Source: the human T2T-CHM13v2.0 reference genome, Homo sapiens
NCBI RefSeq assembly: GCF_009914755.1
Contig: NC_060939.1
DNA length: 64,000 nucleotides
Reading direction: 5' to 3' (one strand)
Shown here: piece by piece, positions 12,841-30,419 of the stretch
Position numbering within the stretch: the stretch's first letter is position 1
Layout: each line of letters begins with the position of its first letter
Notes under the pieces: generated by a model
Database searches by the model: none
Told to the model about the DNA's origin: nothing
What the model saw: only the letters and a program-made list of their open reading frames with translations
Translations under genes and position numbers: made by a program

Positions 12841-13541
12841 TTAGAGCCTAGTGTACTTGCAGCTGGGAGCTGGGCTAGGCCCCCAACTTTTGCCCTGAAG
12901 ATGCTGGCAGAGCAGGATGTTGTAACAGGAAATGCCAGAAATATTGCAAGCAAGACTGAAAACAACCCATCCATGTAGGAAAGAATAACACGGACTAAAT
13001 GTAAGCAATTCCTGTGTATGAGGGGACGTCGCAAATGGGATAAAATGGTTTAGAGGAAGAAATGGCTTTTAGGAGATAGGGTGTTTTGTTTTAAGTAATA
13101 TATACTTGGTCAAATGGAAAGCCGGCAGAAGGTGAACTTTATTCATCAGTTTGGAATGACCGCATTAGTGCCCTTTTAAGCTTGAAAGAGGTAGTTTGAG
13201 AGAGAGTAATTATTTGAGTGGTAAACTTACTGAACCTAAGGGGAGGGGAAGTACAAGTTCACAGAAGGGTTTAGGAGAAAATATGCCTTCTAAGTCCACA
13301 CCCACAGTTTATTAAGGAGAGCCAGGCTGGAGTCTCGGCTCACTGCTGTTATTAACCTGAATGATTTTTTTCTGTGCATTCTTCTGAGGAAGGGGAAGTG
13401 AAGAGAAGAATTCAGCCTAAGCTAAATGTAGAATAAGCTTTCCAAATTAAAATGGTTTTATAAAAGGAGCTCGTTAGTGGGGTCATTTTTGTACTGTGGG
13501 TTTTATGTGTAAATATCTACACACCCACTTCTCGTGTTGAT

Positions 13542-13651
13542 TTCACTTTAGAATATGAGGAAACCACAGGGGAGTTTCAGGCCAGTCAGCGTTTGATCTT
13601 CAACTTTATCGTCTTCACCTTAGGATATGAGGAACCCACAGGGGAGTTTCA
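13542..13651. repeat. 38-bp direct repeat x2, 72-bp period
   Basis: TTCAC(T/C)TTAG(A/G)ATATGAGGAA(A/C)CCACAGGGGAGTTTCA at 13542 and 13614; 35/38 identical. Confidence 0.9.
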
Positions 13652-14517
13652 AAAATGATATCATTTTGTATCAGACTTGTTTTTTACACACTCGGTTTCT
13701 CACAGAGATAGGTGGTTTCTCCTTAAAATCGAACATGTTTATGATGTATTTTACTGTAGTAAATACTATCAGAAAAGTTATAGTTTTCCCAAATTTAAGT
13801 TCACTCTGGGGTACTATAGCATGAATGTAGTTCATACTGTTGAGCTAGCCGTTCACGTTAGTGTAGTTCACATATTTATCTGGAACTTAAAAATGAGGGG
13901 TTGGGAGAGGAAGCTTAAATTCAAAACGTGTTCAAATATATAATTTTAATATTTAGAATGGAAAAGCAATTGATTCTAGAATTAGACCAATTGCTAGTAT
14001 TGCTAGGATATATAAAATGAAGCTGAATGTTTTAACTCTGGAATTTTTCTGAATAGTTTAAGAAATAAGGCTGAAATGTATCACTTGCCTTAAGTTTACT
14101 TTTGCGTGTGTGTTTTGATTTTGTTCAGTGAGGCTTTCACTTAAAAAAAAAACCCATAATATTATTACCTGGATAAAAAACTATAGCTGAAAGTAGATCA
14201 CTTTATCCTTAAGCAGAAGGATGGAAATAGGAGAATTTAAGAATGTATTGGTTGAAAAAAATCTATATTATTTGATTTTATTTCTCTTCTTCTGGGAGTA
14301 AAATAATTTCCTGCCAAGTGAGTCCACCTAGATTATACACTGTTCAGTTTATTTTCTGCCCTGCAGCAGAAGCAGTAACCAGCAGAGACTGGAACCACAG
14401 TTGAGGCTCTGTAAATGAGGTGACTGCTAAGGGCTTCATGGGAATATTAATCTGGGGCATTAAGAGAATCAACATGCTGAAGTACTTGGAGACAGCTCTG
14501 TAATGTTTTATGAGGTC

Positions 14518-14818
<301 letters not shown>

Positions 14819-14992
14819 CTTACGAGCTTTAAAAAGGAATACAGCCTCACAACACCTTTACAGTCAGAAAAGTGAAATGAAAAAATATCCACAACCTCAA
14901 ACCTTCTTTTGGGTCCCTTTCGCTGCATACTTAGTGCATAGTTGAGATTAAACTTTGCACTCTGCCTCTCCATTTAATATTATAAAAGTGTC

Positions 14993-15118
14993 TTTTTTTT
15001 TGAAATGGAGTTTCCTTCTTGTTGCCCAGGCTGGAACCACTGTCTCCCAGGTTCAAGCGATTCTCTGCCTCAGCCTCCCCAGCAGCTGGGATTACAGGTG
15101 TGAGCCACCATGCCTGGA
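14993..15118 (-). mobile_element. Internally deleted Alu (hybrid monomer)
   Basis: Right-arm sequence joined to left-arm 5' end through shared CTGGGATTACAGG. Confidence 0.8.
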
Positions 15119-15393
15119 CAAAAGTCTCCATATTATTAAACAATCTTCAGAAGCACAGTGCTGAATGACTACAGTAATAATATTCTTACATGGATATATC
15201 ATACTTTTCTTAACCATTCTTGTTTTATTGGGCATTTTTGATGGAGGATGATAACATTTTCATATTTAATCAGTATTTAAAATTGATGTATTAAAAGTTG
15301 AGAACATGAAGGTTTCTTTTGTTTAGTTTTGTTTGTTGGGTATGTATTAAATATACTGTCCTGACTTGAGCTTTATTCACATTTGCTTTCTAG

Positions 15394-15567
15394 GTTATTC
15401 AAGGACACGGAAAAGCCAACACCATGGTAGCATTAATGAACGTTTACCAAGAGGAAGATGAAGCATACCAGGAATTGGTTACCGTGGCAACCATGTTCTT
15501 CCAGTACTTATTGCAGCCATTTAGGGCTATGCGAGAAGTTGCAACTTTATGTAAGCTTGATATTTTG
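15394..15567 (+). CDS. WHAMM: WHAMM coding exon 2
   Basis: TTTCTAG|GTT; VIQGHGKANTMVALMNVYQEE...KLDIL; TTG|GTATGT; 174 nt. Confidence 0.95.
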
Positions 15568-15679
15568 GTATGTTTTTTTAAAATTTTTACTTTATCAGAT
15601 TTACTATTTGTCATAAATTATTTCTTTATTTACACTTAATGTTCAATCTCTGTTTGTACTTTGTTTGGGTTTACCATTA

Positions 15680-15810
15680 TGTTTATTTATTTACTTATTT
15701 ATTGATAGAGATGAGGTTTTGCCATGTTGCTCAGGCTGGTTTCGAACTCCTGAGCTCAAGCAGTCTGTCCACCTTGGCCTCCCAAAGCACAGCATTACAT
15801 GTGCCTAGTT
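15680..15810 (-). mobile_element. Alu monomer (FLAM-like)
   Basis: (TTTA)n tail then reverse left-arm sequence. Confidence 0.8.
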
Positions 15811-15936
15811 TACCCTTATATGTACATATTGAGTTTATATTTAAAATTGATAGAAAATGAAGACATTTACGTTGGTCATCTTAATAGCTTAAGATTCCTA
15901 CAGATTTGAAAGAGTTAAATGTTTTTTCTGGTGATG

Positions 15937-16268
<332 letters not shown>

Positions 16269-16742
16269 TGATATTTATTTGCTTCAGCTTGTTTTCCTCT
16301 AAGGACTTACGCAGATTTCTTAAAATAAGATGAAAATTTAAATAGCAGGACCCTAGATTGTAATTCAGTAACTTAAATTTTAGTAAATGCTGTTATCACT
16401 CTTGCTTCATTGAGCCATCAGACAACCCTGTGACATCATTCAGAAAAGGCATGCTTATTCCAGTGTTACAAATGAATCTAGAGTCCAGAGGAGTTAAACA
16501 GCTTGCCTTGGGTCTCAACAACAGAAATCAGAAGACACCTAAGATGTCTCTTGGTTTCTGCCCCCTGCACCGGGCCATCTTTCCACATATAATCTCATGA
16601 CCCTTGCCAGATGATTGTATTATAAAAATAGTATCACATTTAGATGAGAGTCATACCACTCTAACCTGTGGATAAAGTTGTTCTGTTCATTATTTTGAAA
16701 GTCTATTATTTGGAAAGTCTACTTCTTGCATACATTTTTCCT

Positions 16743-17360
<618 letters not shown>

Positions 17361-17398
17361 TGTTTTTCATAAAAGGTGTTTTAAGATATCACTCACAG

Positions 17399-17402
<4 letters not shown>

Positions 17403-17448
<46 letters not shown>
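17403..17448. repeat. (TA)23 microsatellite
   Basis: Direct reading. Confidence 0.97.
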
Positions 17449-17450
<2 letters not shown>

Positions 17451-18110
17451 GTACAATTCAGTGATTTTTAGTATATTCAAAGTTGTGCAGTGATCATTAC
17501 TGTGTAATTTCAGGACATTTTCACCCCCAAAAGAAACCCTGTACCCTTTAGTCACTCCCAACCCTGGGCAACCACCAATCTACTTTCTGTCTCTGTGGAT
17601 TTCCCTACTCTGGACATAGCAACAGCATTATTCAATATGTGGTCCTTTCACTCAGCACAATGTTTTCAAGGCTAATCCACGTTGGAGCAAATATCAGGAT
17701 TTCATTTCTTTTTATTGCTGAGTAATATTCATTGTATGGATATATTACATTTTATTTATCAGTTGATGGACATTTGGGTTGTTTCCACTTTTTGGCTATT
17801 ATGAATAATTCTGTGAATGTTTGTGTGTAAGTTTCTGTGTAGACATATGTTTTCATTGCTCTTGTGTATGTACTAAGGAGTAGGATTGCTGGGTCCTGTG
17901 ATTACTCAATGTTTAACCTTTTGAAAGACTGCCAGACAGTTTTCCAAAGTGGGTGCATATTTTATATTCCCAAAAGCAGTAAATGAGGGTTCCGGTTTGT
18001 CCACATTATCACCAGCACTTGTTACTGTGTGTCTCTTTGGTTACAGCCATCCTAGTGGGTGTGAAGTGGTATCTCGTTATAGTTTTGATTTGTAATTCCT
18101 TGTCGGCTAA
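17449..18110 (-). mobile_element. L1M (L1MB-like) 3' fragment
   Basis: GATGGACATTTGGGTTGTTTCCACTTTTTGGCTATTATGAATAA...GGTGTGAAGTGGTATCTC typical of antisense old L1. Confidence 0.8.
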
Positions 18111-18172
18111 CTTGTACATATTTCTTAGGCTTTGTAGAAGAAAAATTGCATATTGGATGACATAGCAGTACA

Positions 18173-18527
18173 CGTCTTAGTTCAGGCTGTTATAACAAAG
18201 TACCGTAGATTAGTGGCTTATAAACAACAAAACTTTTTTTTCACAGTTCTGGAGGCTGGGTAGTCTGAGATCAAGGTGCTCACAGATCCATTGTCTTGTG
18301 AGGGCCAGTTTCTTAATTTGTAGATGACTGTCTTGCTGTGTCTTCGCATGGTGAAGAGCAGAGAAAGAGAGATCCTGTGTCTCCTCTTCTTTTTATAAGG
18401 GCATTAATCCCATTCTTGAGGGTTCCACCCTCATGACCTAATTACCCCCCAAAGGCCCCATCTTCAAATATGATCACACTGGGGATTTAGGCTTCAACAT
18501 ATGCATTTTGGGGGGAGTCCAATACCA
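18173..18527 (-). mobile_element. MaLR solo LTR (MLT1A-like)
   Basis: GTCTTAGTTCAGGCTGTTATAAC...CACAGTTCTGGAGGCTGGG; 5-bp TSD GTACA. Confidence 0.85.
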
Positions 18528-18986
18528 GTACATGTTATAAGCATGAATATACAGATACTATATTTTAGGTGATTATATTACATATCCCTAAAAGAAACAG
18601 TAACAACAGCTAATACTTAAGTGCTGTGTTCCAGGCCCTATGCTGAGTGCTTGACAACACAGATCACTCATTTAAACAATTGTGTATTATTATTAATAGA
18701 AGCATAAGTTGACAACATTCCTCTCTAGAAAAAGTTATTCTAGGCATGTGAAGTGAAAGTGGGTTTTTTTTTCGCTTTATGCCCCAGAGTGTCCTTTTGT
18801 CTTACAGGTGGTGCTCAGCTTAGAGCCTTATTCATACGCAGTAAGGGACTGCTGAATGAATGAAAATTTAATTGACTGAGTAGTAGTGTAGTTAAATTAA
18901 TCCATGTGACCAATTTCCTTTCAATTTCCTAATGGCTCTACATAACTATTAGCTCTTACTAAGAAAATTTTCCCTTCTGTCTGTAG

Positions 18987-19137
18987 AAGTCTTTGGATGA
19001 GGATGACCTAGGTCCTAGAAGGGTAGTTGCCCTGGAGAAAGAAGCTGAAGAATGGACCAGACGGGCTGAAGAAGCTGTCGTCTCTATTCAGGATATCACA
19101 GTGAATTATTTTAAGGAGACAGTAAAAGCATTAGCAG
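18987..19137 (+). CDS. WHAMM: WHAMM coding exon 3
   Basis: CTGTAG|AAG; KSLDEDDLGPRRVVALEKEAEEW...KALA; G|GTGATA; 151 nt. Confidence 0.93.
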
Positions 19138-19184
19138 GTGATAATTTAAAAAATGCTATATGAAGATACATGTAATTGATTATC

Positions 19185-19700
19185 ATTTTATTCAAATACC
19201 ATTTGAGTCCCTCTTACGCACTAGGTACTATGTTTTCTAGGTGCTGAGAATTCAGTGTCAAGCGTTAAGAGACGTTGTACAGTCTGGTGAAGGGAGAGAA
19301 ATCTTAATTATCTATTCATTGAAGCACATGGAAAATGGCAGTGACAGTAAATGGCACAAAGAAGAGAGACATGGGCTCTGAGGGTCTGTGAGAGAGAAAT
19401 TGGGCTTGATCAGGGTGGTGGTCACTGAAGGCCTCTGAGAAGTGGCGCTTGCCCCAATATCTGAAGGGTAAATGGAAGTTGAGAGAAAATAAAAAGTGAG
19501 GAGTATTCCGGGCAGAAGGAATAGCACTGCCAAAAGTCCCCTGCCTTGAGGGAAGTTGGCAAATTAGGAGCTTAAAGAAAACCTGCGGGGCTGGATCGCA
19601 GAGAGTGCAGGACAGTGTGGTATGAGGGAAAATGCTGGCCAGACAGGCAGGGGTCAGACCATGCAGGGGCTTGTGGGCTGGGTGAAGGACTTTTTTTTAG
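19185..19700 (-). mobile_element. L2 fragment
   Basis: ATTCAAATACCATTTGAG...CTAGGTGCTGAG and AGACCATGCAGGGGCTTGT...GAAGGACTTT resemble the antisense L2 3' region. Confidence 0.55.
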
Positions 19701-20214
19701 TCTTAAATAATTGTTGATAAAAACACCAAGTAGGAAACAACTTAACGTCTGTCAGTTTGTTAAGTTATGGTACCTTCATAAAACAGAAAACTACGTAGCT
19801 GTTAAGCATGATTCTTGATTTTTTTTTATGAGTGGCAAGAGTTTCTGATACATTGTGCAGAATCAACAAGATAGAAAGCAGAATGATGATCCTGGTTTTG
19901 TGGTCAAACTATCCATATGAGCCTGTCTGTCTAGCTAGACATAGAAACAATATGGAAGCAAGTGTGCCAAAATATAAGAAGCAGTTGCCTCAACTAGGTG
20001 AGATCATGACTTACTGTCTTTTTAAAAATGGAATACCTAAAATTTTATATCAATGAACATGTATTATTTTTATCATAATAAAAAAGTTAATAAAATTTCT
20101 TTTAAAAAGGATATTCTGCAGGTAGTATGGAGGCAATAAAAAAAGGATTAGCTCATGATAAATGTTTCCCTTTTTAATGAGGTGTAATTATATTTTATTT
20201 TTATAATCCAACAG

Positions 20215-20384
20215 GAATGCAGAAAGAAATGGAACAGGATGCGAAGAGATTTGGTCAGGCTGCCTGGGCCACAGCAATTCCCAGGTTGGAAAAACTTCAG
20301 CTAATGCTAGCTCGAGAGACTCTGCAACTCATGAGAGCGAAAGAGTTGTGTTTAAATCACAAAAGAGCTGAAATTCAGGGAAAG
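20215..20384 (+). CDS. WHAMM: WHAMM coding exon 4
   Basis: CAACAG|GA; MQKEMEQDAKRFGQAAW...EIQGK; AAG|GTAAGA; 170 nt. Confidence 0.95.
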
Positions 20385-20990
20385 GTAAGACAAAGATAAA
20401 CATAACTTTGTTTTAAAAATACACTTTTATTTTTAAAACATTTTGTATAAATAAAGGATACAAGTGCAGTTTTTGTTCCATGGATATATTGTGTAGTGGT
20501 GAAGTTTGGGCTTTTAGTGTAATCATCACCTGTATAATGTAATTGTACCTATTAAATATTTCTCATCCCCCCTCCCACCCTCTTACTCTTCTGAGTCTCC
20601 AGTGTGTATTATTCCACACTGTGTATACACATTACTTAGCTCCCACTTATAAGTGAGACCATGTGGTAAAGCACACTTTTATTTTTAGATAGCACTTTTC
20701 TTTCCAGGCATCGTTAAAGAGCTTCTTTTCTTCGCTTATTCCAACACCATCTTCTGTGGAAGGTTAGACATAAAGTTTTCCTTTGGTTAAGATGTTTCAA
20801 AATACCATATTGTAGGTTTCACTTTATAGTAATACCAAGCTCAGTATTGAAATGGGTACTGTACTTGAAAATCAACCCAGCAATGTTTTCACTACAACTT
20901 TAAAATAATCAAAGAGATACTTCACTGCATAGTCACTTAAATTTTTTCCTATAATCTTATGACTTTAAAGCAGAAAACACTGTAAACACC

Positions 20991-21390
20991 TGTCTTAGTT
21001 GGCTCAGGCTTCTATAACAAGATTAAATATCACAGATTGGGTGGCTTAAACAACGGACATGTATTTCTCACAGTTCTGGAGGCTGGAAAGTCCAAGATCA
21101 AGGTGCCTGCAGATTCACTGTCCGGTGAGGATCCTCTTCCTGTCTGGTAGACAGCTGCCTTCTTAACTGAGTGCTCATATAGCCTTTCTTCTGTGTGTAT
21201 GTTTAGAAAGAAAGTGATCCCTCTCTTTCTCTTCTAATAAAGGCACTAATCCCATGATGGGGGTGCTATCCTTTTGACATAATCTGAACTTAATTACTTC
21301 CAAAGGACCCACCTCCAAATAACATCACACTGGGAGTTAGAGTGTCAACATACGAATTTTTGGGGGGACACCAATATGCAGTACATAATA
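20991..21390 (-). mobile_element. MaLR solo LTR (MLT1A-like)
   Basis: TGTCTTAG...CACAGTTCTGGAGGCTGGAAAGTCCAAGATCAAGG; TSD ACACC/ATACC. Confidence 0.85.
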
Positions 21391-21617
21391 ATACCTCATT
21401 GCCATTTATGTTTCTCAGAACCTAAATGTTTTCCTCTGTTTCAAGGATGAGATAAAGTATTTGCATCACTAGATGAAATGAAAAAGTGTTTCTTTCCTAT
21501 TTGCTTTGTTATATTTAGTACTGAACAAGGAATAGAAAATAGCTAGAATGCTTCTAAAGTTTGTTTTTAATATACTAATTTATTTTAACTTATTTTTCTT
21601 TTTTCTATGAAAATAAG

Positions 21618-21783
21618 ATGGAAGATCTTCCAGAACAAGAAAAAAATACAAATGTTGTAGATGAATTAGAAATACAATTTTATGAAATTCAATTAGAACT
21701 ATATGAAGTTAAATTTGAGATATTAAAAAACGAAGAAATACTGCTTACTACACAGTTGGACTCTCTTAAAAGACTTATAAAAG
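21618..21783 (+). CDS. WHAMM: WHAMM coding exon 5 (coiled coil)
   Basis: ATAAG|ATG; MEDLPEQEKNTNVVDELEIQFYEIQLELYEVKFEILK...LKRLIK; G|GTAAAA; 166 nt. Confidence 0.92.
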
Positions 21784-22006
21784 GTAAAATTTAAGTATAT
21801 AGATTGCAATGTTTAAATTATAAATTTAAGGAAATACAGACCATATTATCAATTACTTTTTGTAAATTATAACATCTGAAAATTTCCTAAAGTTTTCCTT
21901 CAGTGGTTTATTATTCAAATAATATATTCATTGTTAACACATAGCAAAACAAAGAAAGAAAAATGATTATTACCCCAATCCCATCATCTAGAGATGCTTA
22001 GTGGTT

Positions 22007-22336
22007 GGCTGGGCACAGTGGCTCACGCCTATAATCCCAGCACTGTGGGAGGCCGAGGCGGGCAGATCACTTGAGATTAGGAGTTCCAGACCAGTCTGGC
22101 CAACATGGTGAAACCCCATCTCTACTAAAAATACAAAAATACTAAACCCTGTCTCTACTAAAAACACAAAGTCCAGTGTGGTGGCACGTGCCTGTAATCC
22201 CAGCTGCTTGGGAGGCTGAGGCAGGAGAATGGCTTGAACCTGGGAGGTGGAAGTTTCAGTGAGCCAAGATCGTGCCACTCCACTCTAGCCTGGACAACAG
22301 GGCGAGACTCCATCTTGAAAAGGAAAAAAAAAAAAA
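22007..22336 (+). mobile_element. Alu with duplicated linker region
   Basis: Full dimer; AAACCC..TCTCTACTAAAAA occurs twice; diverged TSD AGATGCTTAGTGGT/AGATACTTCGTGGT. Confidence 0.92.
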
Positions 22337-22589
22337 GATACTTCGTGGTAACAATTTGCTGTATAACTTTGTAGATTTTAAAATATGCTGATATATAAAA
22401 ATATAAATTTTTAACCAAAATATATAACCAGTTCAGTAACATCTTTTTAAACAATTTTTAATTTTTATGGGTGCATAGTAGATATATATTTTTATGGGTT
22501 ACATGAGATATTTTGACATAGGCATATAATGCATAATAGTCTCTTTTTCATTTAATACATAACTGTCTTTCTATTTCAGTGAATAATAA

Positions 22590-24260
<1,671 letters not shown>

Positions 24261-24733
24261 GGTTATAAGCATTTTACATATTTAGGAAAAAAATTACATT
24301 AAAAAAAGAAGTTAATCTGGAAGGATGCATGCCAGATTGTTCATAATGTTTTTCCTCTGAGAATGACTCAGAAGGTTTGGGGAAGGAGCAAGACAATTTC
24401 ACTGTTTTATGTACTTCTGGAGGGTTTGAATTTGTTACAGTAAGCATGGCTTTAAAAAAAATCAATATGTAATCAAGATTATATATGACTAAGACATCTT
24501 AATAATATATTGCTGGTAGAATATAAGTTGCCTTTCTGGAGGGCAATTTGTCAATGGGTATCAAGATCCTTAAATATTTATCTGCTAAGGAAGTGATAAA
24601 AAGTGTACACAAAGATTTATACAGGGATGTTCATCACAGTGAAATGAATAATAGTGGAACATTGGAACAGCCTAACAACATGGACTGCTTAAATTAGAGA
24701 ATACTATGCTGCCATTAAAATTTATCTTTTTAA

Positions 24734-25032
<299 letters not shown>

Positions 25033-25081
25033 TAAAAATGTATTTCCATCCCATGGAAAATGTTCTTTTAGAACTCCATTG

Positions 25082-25262
25082 ATATGTGTAGCTATGTAAG
25101 TAGTATGTGTGTGTGTGTGTATATATATATATACACACATATGTCTATATACATGTATGTATACATGCATACACTACATGGATATACACACATGCTACTT
25201 ACATACATGTATATAGTCATGTATATACACATGTGTGCATGTATATTACATATACACATATT
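25082..25262. repeat. Alternating purine-pyrimidine (TG/TA/CA) low-complexity tract
   Basis: Direct reading. Confidence 0.9.
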
Positions 25263-25394
25263 TTTCATATATGTTAATAGTGCTTCTCAGTGGTGGGATT
25301 ACAAGTGATCTTTATTTTTCTTACATTTAAAAAAATTCAATGCATTTTTTAAAATAATAAAATATGTTTTAAACAATCATTAATACATTTTTAG

Positions 25395-25582
25395 AAAAAC
25401 AAGATGAAGTTGTCTATTACGATCCATGTGAAAATCCAGAGGAACTTAAAGTCATTGACTGTGTGGTGGGGCTGCAGGATGATAAGAATTTGGAAGTGAA
25501 AGAACTCAGAAGGCAGTGCCAGCAGCTGGAGTCTAAACGGGGCAGGATCTGTGCCAAAAGAGCCTCTCTCCGGAGTAGAAAG
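25395..25582 (+). CDS. WHAMM: WHAMM coding exon 6
   Basis: TTTTAG|AA; KQDEVVYYDPCENPEEL...ASLRSRK; AAG|GTAGGT; 188 nt. Confidence 0.94.
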
Positions 25583-25861
25583 GTAGGTACGCTCAGAGCG
25601 GCTTTCTTTTCTTTTCTCTTTCAGAGATTTATTCTTGTATGAAGGATAAAGGTATTGAAATAAGGTTTTTACCAACACAGTGATTACATTTTGTGTGCTT
25701 ATGTACTTATCCATGGCTATAGTTAAAATGCTTTTAAATATTTTTCTTAAAAATATTTTTTTTCTTTTGGGATTTAAGCATTTAGCAAATCTCAAGGTTT
25801 TAATTTATTCATTCAACAACTATTTGTTGAATGCCCATTGCATACACAGGCACACAGGCAC

Positions 25862-26192
<331 letters not shown>

Positions 26193-26337
26193 CTATTTCT
26201 AATAGCCAACTATAACAATTCTAAATATATTTTACTGTAAATTATTGAGTACACAAAAGAATTACAGATAACAATATTCAGCTCACCTCAGACATTATAT
26301 TTGGTGATTTTTTTTCTTAATTTTAAAAAATCCATGA

Positions 26338-27058
<721 letters not shown>

Positions 27059-27167
27059 TACTATATTTTTCTTATTAGAATTAAGAAAACATGAAAATTG
27101 TGACTTTTGTAGCTTATAAAAATGTTCATTACTCTTCCATGTAAATACAAATACTTAAGAAAAACTT

Positions 27168-27441
27168 CGCTAGGTGCCATGGCTTATGCCTGTAATCCCA
27201 GCACTTTGGGAGGCTGAGGTGGGAGAATCACTTAAGGCCGGAAGTTCAAGACCAGGGACAACACAGTGAGACCTCATCTCTATGGTGCGCACCTATAGTC
27301 CCAGCTACTCAAGAGGCTGAGGCAGGAGGATCGCTTGAAGCCAGGATGTTGAGGCTTCAGTGAGCTATGATTGTACCACTGCACTTCAGCTGGGGTGATA
27401 GAACAAGACCCTGTCTCTAATAAAAAAATAAAAATAAAAAA
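27168..27441 (+). mobile_element. Alu (AluJ-like), linker deleted
   Basis: Both arms present, A-rich tail. Confidence 0.88.
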
Positions 27442-27819
27442 CTTTGTTAGAAGAGTATATTCTTTGCATGTTTGTGTTTAAGAATTGTACTTCTGGATTT
27501 AGGAACTGTTATTCAGAGGATTTGAAGATATACAGGCATTTGCCCTTTGCTCCACATTTCAGAAAACCCATGAGCCCCAGGAAGACTCTCCTTTGGCACT
27601 CCCATGGTGCTGTGGATGAACAGATGCCTCCACCTCCTTGGCAGTGTTTTTTATATATATATATAAAATGCTCCTATGCCTTCTCTTATCCAGACTTGGA
27701 GCATTAACCTTCACTCTCAAGATATAATCACTCCCCCTACCCCATTTAGAGGAGCTCTTTCCACTGATTCTGGAAATGTTGGAATTTGGAAGGCACTCAG
27801 TTAATAGAATGGTAGTTGA

Positions 27820-28200
<381 letters not shown>

Positions 28201-28702
28201 TCTGTATTACTGTATTATTTTTTACATAGATGAAGGATTTTATGTGCATATCGCATATTATATATTGGTACAGTGCGTGGTTAAGCACAGGTGAAACAGT
28301 TCTAATTTTTCAGGTATTTGTAGGTTGCTCTGCTTTTGTAGGTATGCTCGGAAATGTGATGAGTATTAATAATGTTATGGGGAAATGTGTTTAAACAGTC
28401 ACATTAAAACATTGTTGGGACACATCCCATTTAAGAATGGCGACTGCCTATGTGTCCTCTCATGGTTGGCGGATTGTTTTTCATCTCTTAAAGCACTCTG
28501 CTGGGAACAAATTATTTCCATAAGCAGCCAGGCAACCCTCATCATAGACTGCGGAGGAGACAGTACCATTGGGCCGCTCCAGAACTAATATTAATGAATG
28601 CCTTACACTATAGCCCAAATGCAGTGCTTTTTTCTTTTAATCTTTTATGCTATACCAGGGTAATATTAAAAACCATGTAGGTGATTTGTATTATTCCACC
28701 AG

Positions 28703-28789
28703 GATCAGTGCAAAGAAAATCATCGGTTCAGATTGCAACAGGCTGAAGAAAGCATAAGATACTCTCGTCAGCATCACAGTATTCAGATG
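28703..28789 (+). CDS. WHAMM: WHAMM coding exon 7
   Basis: CACCAG|GAT; DQCKENHRFRLQQAEESIRYSRQHHSIQM; ATG|GTGAGT; 87 nt. Confidence 0.94.
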
Positions 28790-29043
28790 GTGAGTCTCCT
28801 CCGAAGGAAAATGTTCTATGTTTGTGTAGCGTGACATGCAGGCCTAGACTTGTGGAAACTGGAGTTGCGCTGCCCTGGACCTGCAGCTGTCAGCCATTAG
28901 CCTCCAGGTCTGCAGCCTGGGCGCAGCCTTGGGGTGGTAATGTTGGGGTACAGCCTCTTTCTTTGCTGAGACATTTTTATTGTATGCCAAGACATTTTTT
29001 GTAATGTTGAGCAATTTACAAATATACATTTGTTTAAATATAG

Positions 29044-29139
29044 AAAAGAGACAAGATAAAAGAAGAGGAGCAAAAGAAAAAAGAATGGATCAACCAAGAA
29101 CGTCAAAAAACACTCCAACGATTGAGATCATTTAAAGAT
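29044..29139 (+). CDS. WHAMM: WHAMM coding exon 8
   Basis: ATATAG|AAA; KRDKIKEEEQKKKEWINQERQKTLQRLRSFKD; GAT|GTAAGT; 96 nt. Confidence 0.93.
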
Positions 29140-29955
29140 GTAAGTTCTATAAACAATCACCTCATCTACACTTCTGGGGAAATAACTGAAGACCACCCTA
29201 AAAAAGATGAAAGTATGAAGTATTAAGAACAGGTCATTCAGAACGTGAAACATTTAAAAAATACCATTATTTCTGGTATATCAATAAAAAACAACAAAAA
29301 TAGAATATCAGTGATTCAAAACCCATGATACAAAATAACTGCTGTTTTTGACATCACAACACGCTTGGGTTCCTGCTCTGCACTCCTCACTGAGTAGTCC
29401 TAACTGGCACTGGTGGTTTAGATTGGCAGGGAAAACTGAAAACTGTTCAACTCCCTTGACTTTAGCTGGCATTTCCCCTCATTTGTAATAAACAATTCTT
29501 TAAAATGTTATCCAGGCAGCATTGTGATATAAGTGTAGTGAAAGTGCCCTGTTAAAAGTAAAATTTAGTGGGTTTTTTTTTGATATCTACAACTTTCTTT
29601 TTTCTTTTTTTGAAGTATATACTTATGAGGATAATGTTATTTTTTTATGCCCTCTGTTCTAGGCCTACATTTGTATTTCCTCCACAAAATGATCCTGAGT
29701 CTAATTTTTTTCTATTTGTTGACTTTATTATTAGAGATAAATTCCTTTAAAAAAAGCTGCTATGAAAATTCAAAAAATAATTTTTTGCTTTTATTTTTAA
29801 TTGACACATAATCATTGTACATATTTATGAGGTATAGTGTGATATTTTGATACAGGTGTATAATGTGTAATGATCAAATCAGGGTAATTAGCATATCCAT
29901 CACCTCAAACATTCATCTAAAGGTAAATAGGTTTTTTAAAACAATGTAAATAGGG

Positions 29956-30263
<308 letters not shown>

Positions 30264-30419
30264 TTATTTAAGAATATCATTGAATTTACTGACTGTAAAA
30301 CATAGACCTGCTTTCATTCCCCAGCCCCTTCACAAAGACCCAAGTTTATTGTAGCCCCCAAAAACAACCCACTTTATCCCAGAAAAGATTCTGGAATAGG
30401 TATCAGATGCCTTCTGTAT

